32,000 nucleotides of DNA, from positions 810,001 through 842,000 of the forward strand of contig NC_004459.3 of NCBI RefSeq assembly GCF_000039765.1. The letters run 5' to 3'. Of the stretch, positions 28,707-32,000 are shown piece after piece. Numbering within the stretch: position 1 is the stretch's first letter; each line of letters begins with the position of its first letter. Origin of the DNA: Vibrio vulnificus CMCP6. GTDB taxonomy: Bacteria > Pseudomonadota > Gammaproteobacteria > Enterobacterales > Vibrionaceae. The notes below the pieces were generated by a model. The model was not told where the DNA came from. It did no database searches and was given only the letters and a program-made list of their open reading frames with translations. Both the position numbers and the translations under genes were made by a program.

Positions 28707-29348
28707 TTAGATCCCGTATTGGGCGCGATACGCTTTCACCGCATCAAGATGCTCGGCTGCATCGCCTTTCTCTTCCAAGAAAGTGATCAAATCCGACAAG
28801 CTAACGATAGAAATCACTGCACAAGCGAAATCACGTTCAACTTCCTGAATCGCCGACAGCTCACCCTTACCTTTTTCTTGGCGGTCAATCGCCACCAATA
28901 CGCCAGCCAGATCGGCACCATTGGCTTGGATGATTTCCATAGATTCGCGAATCGCTGTGCCCGCAGTGATCACGTCGTCCACCAGCATAATGCGCCCTTC
29001 TAGCGCAGAGCCAACCAAGTTACCGCCTTCGCCGTGATCTTTGGCTTCTTTACGGTTGAAGCAGTAAGGCGTGTCGATATCGTGGTGATCGGCAAGTGCA
29101 ACCGCTGTCGTAGTCGCGATTGGGATACCTTTGTATGCAGGGCCAAAGAGTACGTCGAACTCAATGCCAGAATCCGCTAACGCCGCCGCATAAAAACGAC
29201 CTAGGCGTGCCAAGTCACGACCTGTATTGAAAAGACCAGCGTTAAAGAAATATGGGCTTTTACGGCCAGATTTCAACGTAAACTCGCCAAACTTAAGGAC
29301 TTGTTTCTCTAGTGCAAACTCAATAAATTCACGCTGGTATGCTTTCAT
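28707..29348 (-). CDS. pyrE: Orotate phosphoribosyltransferase
   Basis: [57 protein letters not shown]. Confidence 0.97.
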   Translation of the reverse strand: MKAYQREFIEFALEKQVLKFGEFTLKSGRKSPYFFNAGLFNTGRDLARLGRFYAAALADSGIEFDVLFGPAYKGIPIATTTAVALADHHDIDTPYCFNRKEAKDHGEGGNLVGSALEGRIMLVDDVITAGTAIRESMEIIQANGADLAGVLVAIDRQEKGKGELSAIQEVERDFACAVISIVSLSDLITFLEEKGDAAEHLDAVKAYRAQYGI

Positions 29349-29370
29349 TACTTTCTCCGTCTATAAGTTT

Positions 29371-29398
29371 CTAGTTCCTAGCTTCTAGTCCCTAGAAA
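29371..29398. repeat. Four degenerate heptamers of pattern CTAGNNN
   Basis: CTAGTTC CTAGCTT CTAGTCC CTAGAAA with CTAG at 29371, 29378, 29385, 29392, just upstream of pyrE. Confidence 0.9.
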
Positions 29399-29538
29399 GA
29401 TAACTAAAACTATAAAAGTGTTTTCAAAATAGATGTCTTTACGCGAGGCAGCGAGACTTTTCAGCGCCTGAGCAGAGTGCGCTATGTGATGGCGTGAAAA
29501 GTTAAAGCGAACAACGCGGCTCAGTTCTCTATACAGAA

Positions 29539-29570
29539 AACAAAAAAATAGCCCCCAAATGGGAGCTATC
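29539..29570 (-). terminator. Rho-independent terminator downstream of rph
   Basis: ATAGCCCCCAAATGGGAGCTAT imperfect stem. In the minus direction it is followed by TTTTTTT. Confidence 0.75.
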
Positions 29571-29574
29571 TAAA

Positions 29575-30291
29575 TCAATTGGCTAACGCCGCCTTCTGCG
29601 CGGCGACGATCTCGCTAATGCCCTTTTTGGCCGACTCTAGCAGAGCCAGCAATTGTTCATGGCTAAATGGTTCGCCTTCTGCAGTGCCTTGGATTTCGAT
29701 CATCTTGCCTTCTTCCGTCATCACCACGTTCATGTCGGTATCAGCCGCCGAATCTTCCACGTATTCCAAATCGCACAGTACATCTTCACCCAAAATGCCG
29801 ACTGAAACCGCGGCCACATGGCCTTTCATTGGGTTTGCTTTTAGCTTGCCACTGTCAACAAGGTGTTGGAATGCATCCGCCATCGCCACGCTAGCGCCAC
29901 TGATTGACGCGGTGCGCGTACCGCCATCGGCTTGGATCACATCACAGTCAACGGTGATCATAAACTCGCCCATCGCTTCCAAATCCACGACTGCGCGCAG
30001 GCTACGTGCGATCAAACGTTGAATTTCCATGGTACGACCGCCTTGCTTGCCATTGGCCGCTTCACGACGAGTACGTGAATGAGTTGCGCGTGGCAGCATG
30101 CCATATTCCGCCGTCACCCAGCCTTTACCTTGGCCTTTTAGCCAACGAGGCACCGATTCTTCCACGGTCGCATTACACAGCACCTTGGTATTACCAAACT
30201 CAACCAGCACGGAACCTTCCGCATAAGCCGTGTAGTTACGAGTAATTTTAATTGGGCGCACTTGGTCTGCCGCGCGATCATTTGGACGCAT
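29575..30291 (-). CDS. rph: Ribonuclease PH
   Basis: [50 protein letters not shown]; start chosen at the internal Met at 30291. Confidence 0.97.
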   Translation of the reverse strand: MRPNDRAADQVRPIKITRNYTAYAEGSVLVEFGNTKVLCNATVEESVPRWLKGQGKGWVTAEYGMLPRATHSRTRREAANGKQGGRTMEIQRLIARSLRAVVDLEAMGEFMITVDCDVIQADGGTRTASISGASVAMADAFQHLVDSGKLKANPMKGHVAAVSVGILGEDVLCDLEYVEDSAADTDMNVVMTEEGKMIEIQGTAEGEPFSHEQLLALLESAKKGISEIVAAQKAALAN

Positions 30292-30483
30292 GGATGAATA
30301 CCTTTTCTGGGGATCGATTTGATTGGGGGTGAAGTATAGCGGAAACCACCGCAAGGCACTAGGGAAAGGCTCACGGTTTTTAGCTCACAGTTTTAGCAAC
30401 AATGCTTCACGCCTAGCCGCAACGCCATTCTGTGCTACTATTGCCAAGCGTTATTTTCAAAGATGATAAAACAGGAAAATTCG

Positions 30484-31350
30484 ATGATTTACAGCATGAC
30501 CGCATACGCGCGCAAAGAGATCAAAGCCGATTGGGGCAGCGCGGTATGGGAAATCCGCAGTGTTAACCAACGCTACCTAGAAACTTACTTCCGTATGCCA
30601 GAGCAGTTCCGTGGTCTAGAACCCGTGCTGCGTGAGCGTTTCCGCCAGCGCCTTGCTCGCGGCAAAGTCGAGTGCAGCCTAAGATTTGAAGCCAACCCAG
30701 CGGCGCGCAGCGAACTGACGATCAATGAGACCTTAGCGAGCCAAGTAATTGGTGCCGCAAAGCAAATCATGCAGCTCACTGGTGAAGATAGCCGCATCAA
30801 CCCATTCCAAGTGATGCAGTGGCCTGGTGTGATGGAAACGCCAGAGCAAGATATGGACGCCATTAATCAGCAATTGTTGGCCGCTTTTGACCAAGCACTT
30901 AACGAGTTTATCGAAGCGCGCGGCCGTGAAGGCGACAACATGAAAGCCTTGATTGAGCAGCGCCTAACAGCCATCACCGCGGAAGTGGTGAAAGTACGCG
31001 CCCGCATGCCAGAAATCATTGAGTGGCAGCGTGAGCGTCTGTTCTCGAAATTCGAAGAAGCCAAGGTGGAACTGGATGCTTCTCGCGTAGAGCAAGAGCT
31101 GATCATTTTGGCGCAGAAATCGGATGTGGCAGAAGAGCTGGATCGCCTCGATTCTCACGTTAAAGAAACCACCAACATTTTGAAAAAAGGCGGCGCCGTT
31201 GGCCGTCGTTTGGATTTCATGATGCAAGAGTTCAACCGTGAATCCAACACACTCGCTTCAAAATCGATCGCCACTGACATCACCGCTTCAGGTGTTGAGC
31301 TTAAAGTGCTGATTGAACAAATGCGTGAGCAGATCCAAAATATCGAGTAA
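30484..31350 (+). CDS. yicC: YicC family endoribonuclease-like protein
   Basis: MIYSMTAYARKEIKADWGSAVWEIRSVNQRYLETYFRMPEQFR; C-terminal GRRLDFMMQEFNRESNTLASKS. Confidence 0.95.
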   Translation: MIYSMTAYARKEIKADWGSAVWEIRSVNQRYLETYFRMPEQFRGLEPVLRERFRQRLARGKVECSLRFEANPAARSELTINETLASQVIGAAKQIMQLTGEDSRINPFQVMQWPGVMETPEQDMDAINQQLLAAFDQALNEFIEARGREGDNMKALIEQRLTAITAEVVKVRARMPEIIEWQRERLFSKFEEAKVELDASRVEQELIILAQKSDVAEELDRLDSHVKETTNILKKGGAVGRRLDFMMQEFNRESNTLASKSIATDITASGVELKVLIEQMREQIQNIE

Positions 31351-31374
31351 CTTCTGACTCAATAACGATTTGAT

Positions 31375-31401
31375 AAAGCCCCGAGATTCGGGGCTTTGTT
31401 T
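31375..31401 (+). terminator. Rho-independent terminator downstream of yicC
   Basis: AAAGCCCCGAGATTCGGGGCTTT followed by GTTTT. Confidence 0.85.
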
Positions 31402-31417
31402 TGGGTAACGTTCTCGT

Positions 31418-32000
31418 CTAAACGTTCAGCTCCTTCATACATCGCTCGCACAGCACTGGCTTTGACTTAATGCGCTTGCGGCCAAAACGAGCCCAAAACT
31501 GAGGTTCTGCTTTGGTCACAAAAATCCCACCGAGTAGTGGCAACAACAAAACCACCGAGGTCGAGGAAATACTGTTGCCTGACATCCAAGTAGAAAGACT
31601 CAGTGCGATCAACGGGAAAAACAAGAAACAAATCGAAGCGGTAAAGGGCGTTGAAACCTGGCCCAGTTTGAAATAGGCCACAATGCCACCCACGCTGGCA
31701 AAGACCCCCAAGTAAATGACAGATAACATCGACACTTGAGAGAAGACTGAAAACGCCGGCTTTTCAATTATCCAAGATGCCGTCAACAACAGCATGGATG
31801 CCATCAAACTCGGCAGCGCGTTGTACGTCAACACTGGAATGTCTTGGCAATACTTCTGCACGCACACATACATCACGGCATGAATGGCAACTGCGCCACC
31901 AAGCGCAAGAAAACCAAGTAGATAGTCGTCTCCGCCCAGACTCATCTCTTTCGCCAAAATCAGGACCAAACTGAGTACGGCGATCAACAGCCCAGCCGTT
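31418..32000 (-). CDS. EamA/DMT-family transporter, 5' part cut off by window end
   Basis: Multiple hydrophobic helices (YLLGFLALGGAVAIHAVMYVCVQKYC..., IYLGVFASVGGIVAYFKLGQVS..., SVVLLLPLLGGIFV). The frame stays open to the window edge. Confidence 0.75.
   Translation of the reverse strand, partial: TAGLLIAVLSLVLILAKEMSLGGDDYLLGFLALGGAVAIHAVMYVCVQKYCQDIPVLTYNALPSLMASMLLLTASWIIEKPAFSVFSQVSMLSVIYLGVFASVGGIVAYFKLGQVSTPFTASICFLFFPLIALSLSTWMSGNSISSTSVVLLLPLLGGIFVTKAEPQFWARFGRKRIKSKPVLCERCMKELNV

Noticed and set aside
29371-29398. Transcription attenuator or pyrE leader peptide
   Set aside because: No Phe/Tyr- or pyrimidine-linked leader ORF with terminator could be made out upstream of pyrE. The CTAG heptamers do not form the expected attenuator hairpin plus T-tract.

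Overview
The window looks chromosomal and Vibrio-like, and most of it can be explained. (1) Positions 1-10632 (minus strand) hold a tightly packed nonulosonic-acid (legionaminic-acid-type) biosynthesis operon: LegB-like dehydratase, LegC aminotransferase, a FemAB/GNAT-like protein, NeuB/LegI, NeuC/LegG, a PLP-transferase-fold protein of unclear role, a GNAT acetyltransferase, a PtmE-like CBS+nucleotidyltransferase, a NeuA/LegF CMP-sugar synthetase and two Gfo/Idh/MocA oxidoreductases. (2) A divergent, AT-rich gene at 10761-11759 carries sialyltransferase/polysialyltransferase-like motifs and is the candidate nonulosonate transferase. (3) Positions 11770-20369 form an LPS core/envelope block: YejM/PbgA-like sulfatase-fold protein, Kdo kinase, dgkA, three glycosyltransferases, coaD and an LTA-synthase-like protein. 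(4) Positions 20516-32000 are housekeeping: mutM, rpmG, rpmB, radC, a Cache-type MCP, coaBC, slmA, an LpxL-family acyltransferase, pyrE, rph, yicC and an EamA transporter edge. The least expected non-coding structures are a family of intergenic CTAG-based arrays (20 perfect 7-mers at 21917-22056; 17 8-mers at 28528-28663; degenerate CTAGNNN runs nearby) and a 20-bp tandem repeat at the dgkA/kdkA junction that creates two coupled 7-codon minicistrons (MIGGGKA). No CRISPR array, transposase, phage, rRNA or tRNA was recognised. No wholly new defence-type system is supported by the sequence.
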